Source: Eledone cirrhosa
Taxonomy: Eukaryota
DNA length: 64,000 nucleotides
Direction of reading: 5' to 3'
Assembly (NCBI GenBank): GCA_964016885.1
Contig: OZ024742.1
Location: 136,400,001-136,464,000 of the forward strand
Each line of letters opens with the position of its first letter. Within the stretch, counting starts at the first letter, position 1. Of this stretch, positions 1-17,432 are shown in pieces. The translations under genes were made by a program, and so were the position numbers. The notes beneath the pieces were generated by a model that was not told where the DNA came from, ran no database searches, and worked only from the letters and a program-made list of their open reading frames with translations.

Positions 1-945
1 CAATTTTGTAAATCACAAGCCAGCATGGGAGCTGCTAGATAGCTGTTTAGCTTTTAAAATATAGTATTTAGAATTTACTACTAAACAATGTATGTCCAGG
101 CAGTCTTCAAAATAGAAACCATATGTTTAACCATATGTTTAGTACAGCTTGTATACAATAGAGCTGTCATGGCTAGTGTGAGAACATGGGATCAGTTGGT
201 GAACCTTTCTCTTAAGTAATATATTGGATATTTTATTTCTATTTGTTAAGGATTTTTGGTCATCGTATCCCTTTTTGCGACTTATCAAATAGAGGGGCAT
301 GTGGCTACTCTCACACAGATGGTTGTTGTTGATTGGTATATACAACAGACACTGAATATTTTTACAACGAAATCCAGAAAAAGGCTTATTGTTTCTCAAA
401 CCTGCGTCAACCATTTGGACTATCATTTGACACAGCAGGCATTTTGTGATGGTAACATAGATTATCTGATGTACAAAATCACAAAATGGTAAAAAAAACA
501 ACTAAAAATCAGAAGAAACCAACACCATCAGCCACCATTTTATAGTTATTTACAGGAGTTTACCTTGTGGGCCACATGACAGATACCAAATTGAGCATGA
601 GGTCCTTTTTAAAGCAATATTTTGCAATTGGATGCCCTTCCTTGCACCATCTCTTTTACTTACCTCTTATGACAAGACATACAAGGAACTTGAATACAAA
701 AAAAAAATAAAAACATAAATGTAAACATCAATACCAACAAAATCCCCATAGTCACTTGTTGAATGAAACAAGAAAAAAAAAAGCCTAACAAATGGGATAT
801 GCAAATAGTAGTTTGGCTATATTATATCATGTTAATGCTGCTAAATCTTTGCCCAATGTAAATTTATTAGTCATATTTAAAAATTACTGCTTCGCTTTAG
901 AAATATCCTTGATTGGCTAAACAATGGTTTGAATTTTCACCATCA

Positions 946-1112
946 TTTTATTTTATTTTATTTTATTTTATTTTATTTTATTTTATTTTTTATTTTATTT
1001 TTATTTTATTTTTTATTTTATTTTTTATTTTATTTTTTTATTTTATTTTTTATTTTATTTTTTATTTTATTTTATTTTATTTTATTTTATTTTATTTTAT
1101 TTTATTTTATTT
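946..1112. repeat. (TTTTA)n simple repeat, followed by (CTA)n/(CTT)n tracts at about 1224-1300
   Basis: Directly visible in sequence; explains the F/I/L/Y-rich ORFs. Confidence 0.95.
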
Positions 1113-2565
1113 TAAAATTTTTTGATTTTTTTTTTTTGATTTATTATATTATTGATTTTGTTTTTTGTGCAATATTCAATTGTCTTGTCTTTTTGTTGTT
1201 TACTATCCTTCCCTTCATCCTCTTACTACTACTACTACTACTACTACTAGTACTTCCTCCTTTTCTTCTTCTTCTTCTTCTTCTTCTTCTTCTTCTTCTA
1301 ACCAGATCTTTTCCTCTTTCTTTTTCATATATGTTTACACCTATTACCTTACACTACAGAAAAGACAACCCCATACATGAAATAATACAATTCCCACCAA
1401 AATCACTAATGTTAATTTTATTTTTATATTATTTATTTATTATTATTTTTTTTATTTATTAATTAACACCTTTAAACTATACCCACGTCTATACAACATT
1501 TGTCCCAACGACAAGAGCAGTACCTGCATAGGTTATGAGGCACAATTCATTCCTTCTGATTAGAATTATATGAAAACCCATTTAAAAAGTGCCAACACCA
1601 TCACCACAAGGAATGTATATTACACTTGTTTTAATTTGTTCTTCATTTGAGTAGAATATAATACAACTAGCACAAGCATAACCTGTATCAGTGCTAGCAG
1701 CATGGCAACATGGAAGATTCTGCATTTTTACTTAACTTGCTAAAAATAGCAGCCAAATCCCCCTAAGTTCCATGTTACTCTCTAAAGAAAGAAGAGAAAT
1801 AGAGAATATTGTAGTCCATGATATGCAGATAGGCAGGATGCTCAAGGCTTGACCACATTTTAATCATAGATCTGCTCCATTAGGGCTGACCTGGGGTTAA
1901 GCAGCAACAAAAACTACAGCATATCAAATTAGACCCTTATGCTTTTAACTACATTACATTTCTCAGTAGCCAGTTGCAATACTGCCAGTTTTAATACAAA
2001 GTACTTCTTATTTAAAGAAGCATGTAATGCAGCAATGTGTTTTTCAGTGTCTTTGACCAGCAAAAATTATTGAATTCCTGTGTCATTAAGGAAATGCTGA
2101 TCATTTACTTGGTCATAAATAGTTTCAGATCTTAACCTGTCGCTGTCTTAAGTATAATTACCATTCCAATTATTATCTCTATGTCATTGATTAACAAGAT
2201 CATGTTGTTCTATAGCCATTTACTGGGATATGTGTGTGTATATATATATATATATATATACCATTTGGTTGACTGGGAAAAAAAAACATTCTTTTTCTTT
2301 TTCAGTTTCGTAGGTAGCACTAGGAAAATGGTCCAAATAATAATCAAAATAGATATGCAAAAATGGATATAAAATAGCATATTTTAACATAGCATATCAT
2401 AGAAGCATAGATCCCCATTGAGTTCTCTAGGATGACAGCTAGTCTCCCTTAAGAATTTCATGAAAAACAAAATTGAGTAGATGGTTCTTACATTTTCCCA
2501 GTCCATAGACTTAAAACTACTTGTTATCCCTGAGATTTTAACAACAATATATATTTATTGTGAAG

Positions 2566-2910
2566 ACATATGATATAGTGGTTAGGAAATTAGGCTGATA
2601 GCAATAAAATAATGAATTTAGTTCTTTTTCTATGTGGAATGTAGTAGTCTTGAGCAAGACACTTTATATCTGTATACTCAAGTACACTCCATAAGGAAAA
2701 AAATAGTTGCTATAAAACTGGTGCCAAGCTGTATATGCCTTTACCTTTTCCTTGGACTACATTAGTCACATGAAGAAAGGTAACCAGCATGCATGGGTAA
2801 CTGCTGGCTTTCCAAAACAAAATATTGCCCAGGCTTACACCTTCATGAGGAGATTTCCATGTGCAAATACATGATCAGTCATGACAGAAATGGGCCTCTT
2901 TGTATTTTAC
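2566..2910 (+). mobile_element. Degraded tRNA-derived CORE-like SINE
   Basis: tagtggttagg head, cttgagcaagacacttta central motif, and body (ggtgccaagctgtat...ttttccttggac) shared with 3131-3465 and 36246-36525. Confidence 0.6.
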
Positions 2911-3130
2911 TCTTTGGGTACATTACATGTATACAATTAATTTGACTGCATAACAATTTGCGACCAGTAGATAGAATCATCAATGGAAAAACCGATGGAA
3001 AGATTGTTTCCTTGGTCCAATTCCACCCCACTCAGTGAGCAAATGAGGTCTGGGATCTTGTCTATCTATGCTAACAGTTGTTAGATATTTTCATCATATA
3101 TATTGTGCAGTATTAGTAACAATGAATGCA

Positions 3131-3465
3131 TGTGGTTTAGTGGTTAGAGTGTTGGATTCACAATCATGAGGTTGTGAGTTCAATTATTAGACTGAGCCAT
3201 GCATTGTATTCTTGAGCAAGATACTTTATTTCCCTATGTTCACATTTGCTCAGCTGTAAAAATGAGTTGCAATGTTATTGGTGCCAAGCTGTATCAGCTT
3301 TTGCCTTTCCTTTGACCAACATTGGTGGCATTGAAAGGGGAAACAGGTATACATGTGCATCTGCTAGACTTCCGCAAAAACACTTTGTTCAGACTTGTCT
3401 CAGAAGAGAAACTTTCTTGGTGTAAATTCCATTGTCATTCATGATTGAAGGGGTTTTTTACCCAT
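3131..3465 (+). mobile_element. tRNA-derived CORE-like SINE (cephalopod OR2-like)
   Basis: A box tggtttagtgg, B box gagttcaatt, CORE-like cttgagcaagatactttattt...ctcagctgtaaaaatgag, tail gtcattcatgattgaagggg; several copies in the window. Confidence 0.7.
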
Positions 3466-3950
3466 ACACTGTTTTAGAAACAATATAAAAACCCCACCAA
3501 GCTTTTAGTTGTTAGTCAAATATACACTTTTCACTTGAACATCTGTGGTTTTTGAATATTTGAAGATTCTGTGAAAAAGAGTTGTGCAATAAATATTTAG
3601 ATAAATCAATAAATAATTAAAAATAGCTCATAAATGAACGAAAAAATAACACACTAACAAACAAACCTGTAATTAGATTTTTGAAAAAAATATATCAAAT
3701 TCTAAATTCCTAAATTTGGAAATATTTGTTTCCTTAGGAATACAAACAAAAAATAATAAAAGAAAGCTTTTGTATAACAAAAGCTTTTTCTGGAATTGTG
3801 TAAAAAGTGAATAATTATATTTAATATACCCCTTGCTTTTAATTATTTTTTCTTTACATATATTTTGCTAGTTGAATACTTTTTCTCTAATCATTTTATA
3901 AGCTCTAGGCATGGCTTCTGCATAGTTTAAATAAATATATATATATATAT

Positions 3951-3998
<48 letters not shown>

Positions 3999-6418
3999 GG
4001 GTGTGTATATATATATATATATATATGGGTGTGGGTGTGTGTATATTTGTATATATGGGTGTATGTATATATGTATATATGGGTGTATGTATATATGTAT
4101 ATATGGGTGTGTGTATATATATATATGTTGTATGTGCATATATATATATATATGTGTGTGTGTGCATATATATATATATATTTATTATAGTTGACTAGTT
4201 ACAATTGCATAGTTTGTAGAATGCTTAGTTGTGTATAGAAAAGGCTACTAGATGTGTAGAAAAAAAAAATTGTTGTTTTAACTGGCTAATTTGGAACAAA
4301 ATGGAATGGCAATATATTAGATGATGGTATTTGTGGTTTGTCTGTTGACATTTCTCTCTGTATTAGTTTTTATTTATTTTTTCATTATTGTTTCTATTTA
4401 TATTATATGCTGTACATAGTAAAGGTGCAGTGACAATGTGACAATGTCCAAGTAAAAGTGCAATGGCAATAGCCAACTCAGACAGGTGAAGCTAGAGCCA
4501 ATGAAATAAACTACAGTGAATGTATTGCTGTCAAGCGATCCAATAAACTAAAATTAATTTAACCTCTTTCAGCTCGATACTGAAACCTCATTTACATACT
4601 AACTGACCAAACTATTGTAAAACCAAACCAACAATCAATTTATATTAAAAGGGGATGAAAAGCAAATTAAGAACTTTTAGTTACTAATGACAGACGCTAT
4701 GCCCAATGCAGAGTGGTATCTCTTAGCTGCGTCCTATGGACAAAATGGTGTTGGTATTGCCATGGACAATGTAACAGCCACTCTGCCTTATGGGCATCTT
4801 TCCTTAGGTAGGCTTGATACTTAAGTATGAAATTCTTATCATGCTCTGGAGTATATTTAGTCAGTTAACTCAAGGGAAATGCACAATGACTATAGTCAGT
4901 GGAGGTTTTCTCAAGCAAATTTTGTCAATGCAGTTAAAAATATTAATTGGCAGACCCATCCCACACATAATGAGACATATGGAAAAATCCCCAAAGTAAG
5001 TGCATAACTGAATGAATGTCATACATGGTTTGCTTGTAACTGTATCTGTGCAAAAGATGAGATGGTTTCAGATCTCTTGTTGCCAGAAAGCTCAGATACT
5101 AGGATACCATAGCAAGAGACACAATAATTGACAAGGAAGACCTACAAACCTTGTTGAAAAACATAATGTTGGCATGAAGTTGTGCTTGCTGTCTGCCTTA
5201 GGGTGATCGATAAGATAAGATGCAATTAATATTTAACTTTATTTGGCTGATGCATGTAGCTAGTTATGGGTACCAGAGTAATGTGATTCTGAATGTTATT
5301 GAGCAGAATCTATTCAGTTTAAATTCATAGGTCATTTCATGTAAATTACTAATACCAATGGACAAATATTCCCTTCTAAATGGATAGAAGAATATGTATG
5401 GAGTAGGTATGGAGTCGCAGGGTAACATGATTCTATTTGTGCAACCTGTAGACAGTGTCAGCAATGGAATGCCCAATGGAACATTTTACCAAGTTCCGCC
5501 CCACCCGGAAAGCAAATGAGGTCTGGGAGCTTGTTGATCACTTCCATATATCCATACATTAGCTATTGAGCAGAATCTATTGACAGATGATTTGAGTCAG
5601 GGAGTGGTACAAATGGTAAAAGGAGTCTCTATCTTGGGCATTATGATTTTTCAAATTTCACACAGCTGATATTACTTTTCATCTCTCTGATCTTGTGTTT
5701 GTTCAATGAGTGATTTACTCAACAGTATCATATGCCTCAACATTTCTGAACTTTTTAAGTGTATGAAATCAGTAGATTTAGTAGGATGGTAGGAAGACAC
5801 ACTCACTGGATTGTTCATGATATTGGATGTTTCATTGGATTAAATTTTTCCAGGAACAATTGCACTTTCAATCCTTTTAGGCAGTTGTATAGTGAGGGCT
5901 CTCTCACTACTTGGTACCAAAAACACTTTTATGGCACCCCTAACCTAATTATCAGACCAGGGGAAATATTTCTCCTCTTCATACATGCATCTAAGAGTGA
6001 CTGTCCTTTCTCTCATCTCACCACTGCTCCTCTGCTTCCAGGGCTCAATAAAATAATTGCCAATAATATATAGGATTAAGTCAATTGACCTCCGATATGT
6101 CAACTTCCATCTTATTGTATAACCAAACTTGTATTAGTAGGAATCCATAAATAAATGGTAAACAAAAGAATAATCAGTAAACCATATTTATTCTCCTAGC
6201 TCTAAGACAATCTTAATTATTACTAATACACTTGAGAAAGGCATAAACATCACAACATTCCATCGCCCTGTAGAAATATTTTTTAGAGAATTAAGTGGAG
6301 TTAAAAATTGTTATACACAAAATTACCAAAAGAATTCAATCTTCCCCTTATCAAAAAAGAAAAGAAAACAAAACAAAACATAACACACACACACACACAC
6401 ACAAATATACATGTGGGT

Positions 6419-6472
<54 letters not shown>

Positions 6473-6570
6473 ACATGTATATATACACACTTATATGCAT
6501 CCATATGTATACACTCCATATGTATACACATAAATGTGTATTGTGTGTGTGTGTATATATATATATATAT

Positions 6571-6637
<67 letters not shown>

Positions 6638-6882
6638 CACACACACATACACACAACAAAACAATTTTAGTGTAATCCATACATACCATTAAAACTTTGC
6701 ATTGCAACTATTTCCGTCACAACAGTATTAATTTCTCTTTCCACACAAGTTACCCCACTCTCAAATTTAGATATAGTTTCTTACATTCCTTTTATTTTTC
6801 TCCACTGAGGATTAACAAACATGTTCATTTATGATGTTGTTATTTGGTTTTATTTCTTTTAATAATAATAATAATAATAATA

Positions 6883-6913
<31 letters not shown>

Positions 6914-7399
6914 CACACATATATACATACATACACTACACCATTAATCTTTTCTTGCTCATTATAATTCTAGTACTAATATTCTGGTTTGATTTTTAAG
7001 CTCCATTCAAAAAACTATGATACTTTCTTTCTAACGTTGAAGTAATAACTTTATTTTCTCTATTTTGTCTTCTGTTATTATATTTATTTAATTTATTTGT
7101 TTTTGTCTCTTTTTTTATTGATTAACCCTTCATTCTATTCATCAAAATCCTAATGCAAATTTCTTGTTTTGCAAAATTTATAATGGCAGTTAGCTACATT
7201 AACATCTTGTTGATGAGGAAGTTTTAAGCTCAGTCAAGACTGCATTATGTAATTCAAAACATGTAATGACACTGTAATTATTATCTACTGGGCCTATTAT
7301 CTATTTATTGTCAAAGTATATTAGATGATTTGGCCAAAAGGATAGTTTGGAATGGGTCTCTGTTGGTTTCAATGCAGATTGGTCCTGTTCTTCACCCAA

Positions 7400-7530
7400 T
7401 AGAACAGCCTGCTCATGAAATTAATGAGACTGAACATTTCACAGACACATCTATACCTTTACTGTAATCCTTGAGGAGATTCAGCATGACACTGGGCAAG
7501 ACAAGACTGACCCTTTGAATCATAGGAGCA
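7400..7530 (+). mobile_element. Dispersed SINE-type repeat fragment
   Basis: ctgctcatgaaatt...gagattcagcatgacac...acaaggctg motif recurs at about 51790-51910, 63785-63890 and, partly, 33900-33960. Confidence 0.55.
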
Positions 7531-9974
7531 GACAATCTGATGGGCTTCACCTAGCTTGGTTCAATTTGATGGATTGGGAATTTAAACTTTCATAAAATGC
7601 CACACATGATTGTGAAGCAACTTCCATAACCAATTGGCCATGCAGCATCTACAGAAAGACAGTAGAGGGATATAGAATATTGATATTCAAATGTATAGTT
7701 AGCATTTTGACATATGACCTGCCCATGGTTTTACCATTCTGCTGTACATCTTCGCCAGGCATATTAGCCTGCTGGCTCTAGCTGGCTTGACTGACAAATA
7801 CCAGGTGGCATTCTTAACTTTACAGTTGAACAGGTAGTGGTGAGGAGTATATCCAATATTAAAATCAATTTTTATGAATAAATAAAAAAATATATCTTGA
7901 TAAACAAGAAGAGAAAATGAATATAAAATATAAAAAAAAAATGTTGTATGCACACACTTACACACACATATGCATACACAAACATGTGTTTAACTGTTGG
8001 CCAGTTTCCCAAAGTGTTGGCATGAAACAGATATGGCTGAAATCTTTCCCTTGCATAGTATGCCAATTTATTTTAAGTATGATTTTAGGGTGATCAGCTG
8101 CATTATTTCAAGTTACATGGATTGAGGCATTGAGTAATATAGCATTTTGACTGGTAAAAAGCATAAAATATAAGCTGGGATTTTGACCTCTTGACCTACT
8201 TAATCTATGTTATATAGTTGACCATCTTGGCTAAGTCATTAGTGTTAGAGTGATTATCTCAATATTTAATCCAGTTCTCTCCACTTCAAGTTCAAATCCA
8301 TCTGAGGTCAACTTTGCCTTTCATCTTTTTGGGGTTAATGAAAGAGGATTAAGAGAAATGCTAAAGAGTCGGGCACAATGCATTGAAGTATCTGTTTTTG
8401 CTCTGTGAATTCTGAATTCAAATCCTTCTCACAGTTGTTGGAGAAATGATTATAGTTCTGCTAGTTGTTGCAATGAACAGAGTGAATCAGCAATGGAATC
8501 ATTCATGGAAACATTTTTTTGCTCCACCCTGAGAATCTGTTCCTTTCCTTTGTTTTCATCTTGCAACTACACACGTGCATTATTTGTTTCACAGAGTTAC
8601 AGAAATAGATATTAATATTTCATTCATAGCCAGAAACATGCATAGTGAGATATTTTGAGAGAAAGAGAGAAATTAAGACCAGCTCATCTTTTTATAGGAG
8701 ACAAAATATAAATGAACTGGGAAACATCTATTGTTTTTTAACTAAAGGCATATCTTTCAAATTGGGTCCTTCTTGAGAAAGTGAAGGAGAACATGATGAA
8801 GAGAGAGACAGAGAGAAAAATATGGATTCTGAGATCACATTGCAAGTGAGACAACTTAAGATGAGACTAATCTAAGAAAATTGTATTTGAATTTTTTTTT
8901 CAAATGTAAGGTCAATATACGAAAATGATGTATAACATAGATAATTTGCAATTTCAAATATAAAAATTCATTTAAAATACCAGATTTATCAAAAGCTCTG
9001 TAGCGATATGCTGAAAATTCTAAGGTTTCAACTCTGCATATTAGTTTTATTCTATTGGCGTTAGTAATTGCATCATATTTTTATGTAGTTTGCAGAATGG
9101 GAGGGTTACCCAATATTGGAAGAGTCCCACCCTTCTAGATTAAGAAGGGTAGGAAGTGTTTGGTGAGGTTAATGGATATTCACTATATATTCATTCTTTT
9201 GATTGGCATTTATCAATTCCCATGATATGCAAGCATGCATGTGGAGATTCTATCTATTCCATCAGTTGATTGGCATCTATTATTCCCAAGAGATGCGTGC
9301 ATGCATGCATATAAAGTCGATGCAGTCACATGAACCAACACATGCATGTTTTGAACTGCCAGCATTTTTTGAATTGTCGATTAAAAATCAGCATCTCATT
9401 ACTTTATCGTAGCATTAAATGTTGAGGGAATGAATATTTTATATTTTGAAAACCTCAATTTCTATGCACGTGTATGTATACATGTATGCTTATATATGCT
9501 TGTGTATACATATATGTTCATACTTATATGTGTATACATATGAGTGTGCGTATATGTGCATTTATATATATATATATACACACAAAAAAAAAATATATAT
9601 ATATACACACACACACACCACATACAATACATAGCTAAAAAATTCACAAATAGAATTATAGAAATTGGCTAATCAATTTTTAGATATAGCAATATTTGTT
9701 ATTTAATATGCTTTCATATTTAAAATTATAACATGAAAAATACCTTTTATGAAGTTAAAACTATTAATGTATGAAGCCGAATTTTCAGCCTTTAAGTACT
9801 GAGAATATATATATATATTGTCTAACCCATGCTAGCGTGGAAATTGGACGTTAAACGGGGATGATGATGATGATGATGATGATATATATAATGTGCTCAA
9901 GCATAAAAATGTAATAAATATAGCTTTTAAAATTGGGTGAAGACCCTGAAAAGTAAAAAAAAAAACCTTGCCAT

Positions 9975-10048
9975 TGGCCGCTATGAGGAATTGAACCCCA
10001 AATCTCCCAGATACTAGCTAGTCACTTTAACCGTTAAGCTAAGGAGCC
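9975..10048 (-). pseudogene. tRNA-Thr(AGT)-like pseudogene or SINE head
   Basis: Reverse complement GGCTCCTTAGCTTAACGGTTAAAGTGACTAGCTAGTATCTGGGAGATTTGGGGTTCAATTCCTCATAGCGGCCA has A and B boxes, a CTAGTAT anticodon loop and a GAGAT variable loop; acceptor and T stems are mismatched. Confidence 0.65.
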
Positions 10049-10739
10049 ATGAAAAGCCCCCCAATTCCTTCGTCATTTTATCTAGATAACTGGTTTCAGA
10101 TATGTCAGCAGACAGGCAGAGAGACTGACAGAATGACATCCATATGTAAACAAACTATTATTCATTATATTGTCTATGCTATATTATATATTATATATTG
10201 ATAATATCAATTACTGTTTTCAGTATCTTAATTTTCATGTTGATAGTATCGAGAATTCGTGTTCAGCTGGAAAATATTCAGAATATATTTGGTTTGAAAA
10301 TGAGAAATGTCATTTAGAAAGACAATATTTTTAATCTTGACTGTGAAAATAGCAGGCCTCATCATCATTTAACATTTATTTCCCTTGTAAGCTAGGATGC
10401 ATATGTCATTTTAAACCAAGCCAATACTTAATCAGTACTACACATCTCTCAGATGGGCTAGGGGATGCATTTTGCTTACTTACATTCCAACATTTATAGT
10501 ATCATTTGGGTACATTTTATTGTGACATGGAAACTAAGCAGGTCTTTGTTTTTGACACAACTAAAGAGTTTCTATGACACTTTGCATAGCAACATTTTTT
10601 TTTATGTCTGGATGCCCTTTCTATCACCAAACTGATAAGTTATGAAACATAAACAAAAATTAGTCATAAACAAAAACACAGGAAGATAAACACACACACA
10701 CATCTGTGTAAGTATGTATGTATGTATTTTTGGTAAATA

Positions 10740-11040
10740 TCATCTTGGTTAAGAGAGTGGGACTGGCTTTGTGCAGTGCCTTTGCTCACTATAAATGCTT
10801 CACGGCACAGGCATTGCTTTATATCTGGAGATCTCTCTGCACTTGTCGTCACATGGTACCATGGGCCCAGCACTATGTCAGTAATTGTCACAAGTGTAGT
10901 GTTTGTACCAGAGTTTTCAAGTTGCTGGCTGAACTAAAAAGTCACACTCGTTCAGCGCATCGGTAGGGGTTCTCTTACATGGATATAAAGTAGTGGCCAT
11001 ACTCGAAAACGAGTTGGCAGCCACCATGTATGTATGTATT
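10740..11040 (+). mobile_element. 3' fragment of an RTE-type LINE (C-terminal C2H2 finger and terminal hairpin)
   Basis: Frame reads HKCSVCTRVFKLLAELKSHTRSAH*, followed by the hairpin gccatactcgaaaacgagttggc and a (TGTA)n tail. Confidence 0.55.
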
Positions 11041-11340
11041 ATGTATATATATATATATGCACACATACCATTAATTTAGTGAAATTTCATACACTGAAAG
11101 AATGAGCCTTCAGTATGTAAACATAGGGGTAATATTTGTACACCTTCACAAATATTTAAATTTTCATAGGACCTTTTTGGTTAGGATGGTGTATTTCATT
11201 ATTGCAGCGTGTATGCTTGTCATGCACCACATAACCATCAATTATGAATGTTTGGGTGTGTGCTAGGAAAAACAAATACATGAGAATGATACATTACAAT
11301 GATGATATTAGTTTAACACTTGAAATTGGAGGAAAAGCAT

Positions 11341-11376
11341 GTTAATGTTTCAGACATTAGGCCTTCTTCAGAAGAT
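11341..11376 (-). ncRNA. Degenerate minimal type I hammerhead motif
   Basis: Reverse complement tcttCTGAAGAaggc-ctaat-gtctGAAACATTaac: core and stem II present; stems I and III are degraded. Confidence 0.35.
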
Positions 11377-11464
11377 AGAGAAAAAATAGAAAGATAGATA
11401 AGAGTAAGAAGTGGAATAAAAGGTAAACAAATTTTTATGGGAGGAAAGCAGGCATAAAAATAAT

Positions 11465-11650
11465 TGTTTCTACTTTAGGCACAAGGCCAGCAATTACACA
11501 GTGCATTACTGGTACTTTATTTTATCGACCCCGTAAGGATGAAAGGCAAAGTCAACCTCGGCGGGATTTGAACTCAGGTCGTAAAGGGACGTAACTATGC
11601 TGGAAAGCATGGTGTCTGACCCTCTACCGACACTGCCAATCCACCTCCCT
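11465..11650 (-). mobile_element. tRNA-derived Meta-like SINE (OR1-like)
   Basis: Reverse complement contains gagttcaaatcccgccgaggttgactttgcctttcatccttacggggtcgataaaataaagtaccag, a motif present in about ten copies in the window. Confidence 0.75.
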
Positions 11651-12068
11651 CATAAAAATAATGATATTATATATGCATGTGTGGGAGCATACATTGGCTG
11701 CAGGCATGGCCAAGTGGTCAAAGCATTTGCCTCCTTATCATAAGGACACAGGTTTCCTCCCATTGCACGGCAACTAAGGCAAATGCCTTTTAAGATAGCT
11801 TCAATTTAGACAGAATCTTCCTAGCAAACTCAGGTAAAGACAAAACGGGAACAAGCAGGCTTACTTCATTGTGGTTGTAATTCAAAATGCCAGCCAAAGC
11901 ATACATTGCTACATGGTGATTCGGATTGCTGTTCCCATGAAAGGTATACATTGTATGGGGAATACTCAACCACTTACAATTTTTCAAGTGTACATGTCAT
12001 ATATTCATAAACAAAACTGATGGCTACCTCATTTACTTTTCCTACATAGATGCAGACACATGCATGCA

Positions 12069-12141
<73 letters not shown>

Positions 12142-12428
12142 GTGTGTGTGTGTGTTTGTCTGTATGTGAACTACTACAGCACAACTAAATGTAGATGTAT
12201 GTATGTACACACACACACACATAACTTGTATTCCTGTTTTCAGAAATCCAATATTCGAAAGAGGAATCTCTCCATCGTGTCCATCTATTATTTATTGATT
12301 TCCATACATGTCTGAAAATAAAAATATTTCTCATCAAAACAAAGGCATATATACATTGCATATGCTATGAGATCCATATGCATACCTTCATATTAATATG
12401 TAAATGCAAAGTTATCTGATATCTGTTT

Positions 12429-12470
<42 letters not shown>

Positions 12471-13009
12471 TATATATATATATATATGCATGCATGTATA
12501 TCTGTGAGTTTGTGTGTAAGTATATATATATATATACAGAGAGTGATGAACCTCCAACCACTTGCTGAACACATAAGAGGAAAATTCTTGGCGCTACAGT
12601 CAAGATTTCACCTATCTCTATACCCACTCTGCAACTCCCCATGTATTGAGTACTCCCAATATTGGTGGTCTTCCTGGATTCAGAACTGCACATATTTCGT
12701 GGGCCAACTACAAACATAATATCTTCTCTATTCTCTGTTTGTGTTTGCCGTAATCCCTTTTATTGATTAGATAATTATGCAATCTGCACCTCATAATGTC
12801 ACAAGGGTCATACAAAACCAGGTCATTGAAATATATATACTGCTTTTTGCAACATTATAACTTATAAAGGATATCCCCAGTCAGGCCTCTTATTTTAATC
12901 AAATAAATATTTAAAGCTGTTTTTGCACATGTCACATGATTCAACATCAACGATGGATGAGTTACATAGTGTAGAGTGCTTTTCTTAGTATGACATCATC
13001 GTTATCTAA

Positions 13010-15582
<2,573 letters not shown>

Positions 15583-15646
15583 TAGACATGACTACCATGA
15601 CTGAATCTTAATCATCTTCTATGTCAGGGTATGGCATGCATCATCT

Positions 15647-15713
15647 TATTTTATCTGATGAGGACGTACTATTGAAGATTGCTCAGTACCTCTGAAATAT
15701 ATATAATAAAATA
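15647..15713 (+). ncRNA. Type I hammerhead ribozyme in a unique-sequence island between (TA)n arrays
   Basis: Stem I tattttat/ataaaata (8 bp perfect), CTGATGA at 15655, stem II gtact/agtac, GAAA at 15694, palindromic stem III AT-ATAT-AT, cleavage triplet AUA (after 15705). Confidence 0.7.
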
Positions 15714-15759
15714 TAGTTGATCACATGAATGTCTATTTTTGTTAATATTTTGAATTAAT

Positions 15760-16636
<877 letters not shown>

Positions 16637-17345
16637 TACACAACTGTAACTGCACCTATCCTGACAACTGCCCCCTCGGCAATAACTGCCTGGAAAAAAA
16701 TATTATTTATAAGTGTACCATTAAATCCGGAGGCAACGAGTGGTATTACGTGGGATCAACGGCAACATCGTTTAAATCTCGATTGTATAGGCATTCTTAC
16801 TCAATAAAACACCAGAGCCAAAGAAATGTAACAACTTTAGCAGAGAAAGCTTGGACGCTCAGGGATAGCAATCAAAAGTTTACCCTAAAATGGGAAAAAT
16901 TAGCTAAAACCCAAAGCTTTTCCAGGAGCCAAAATTTCTGCAAATTGTGTAATCTTGAGATTTATTACATAATCACACACAGGAAGAAACTGCTGAATAA
17001 CAGAATTGAACGAACATTATTCTGCCGTCACAGAACTAAAACCCTTTTTTCCCACTACAAGCCGAATATTACATAAAAGAGGGACATCCCCCAACTATAT
17101 AAACCTTAATCTAGTTAGAAAAATATAAAAACAATCTCTTTTCAACATATATTAATAACCTTAAATTACCATACTAATAATGAAAAGATATGCTGATGAG
17201 AATAGGTACAAATATGCGATAATGAATGTGTCTAAAAACGTCCATAAGTATGTATATATATGTGAAAATGTATATAAATAAGTAAATATATATATATGTT
17301 TGATGTGTATAGTTAGATGTAAGTGTATTCATGTATTAAAGTGCT

Positions 17346-17378
<33 letters not shown>

Positions 17379-17401
17379 ATATGTGTGTATATATGTATGT
17401 G

Positions 17402-17432
<31 letters not shown>

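Noticed and set aside
139-6073. Short ORFs at 139-501, 4814-4999, 5264-5476 and 5759-6073 as upstream teneurin exons or other genes
   Set aside because: No recognisable motifs or convincing splice-site pairs; likely decayed repeats.
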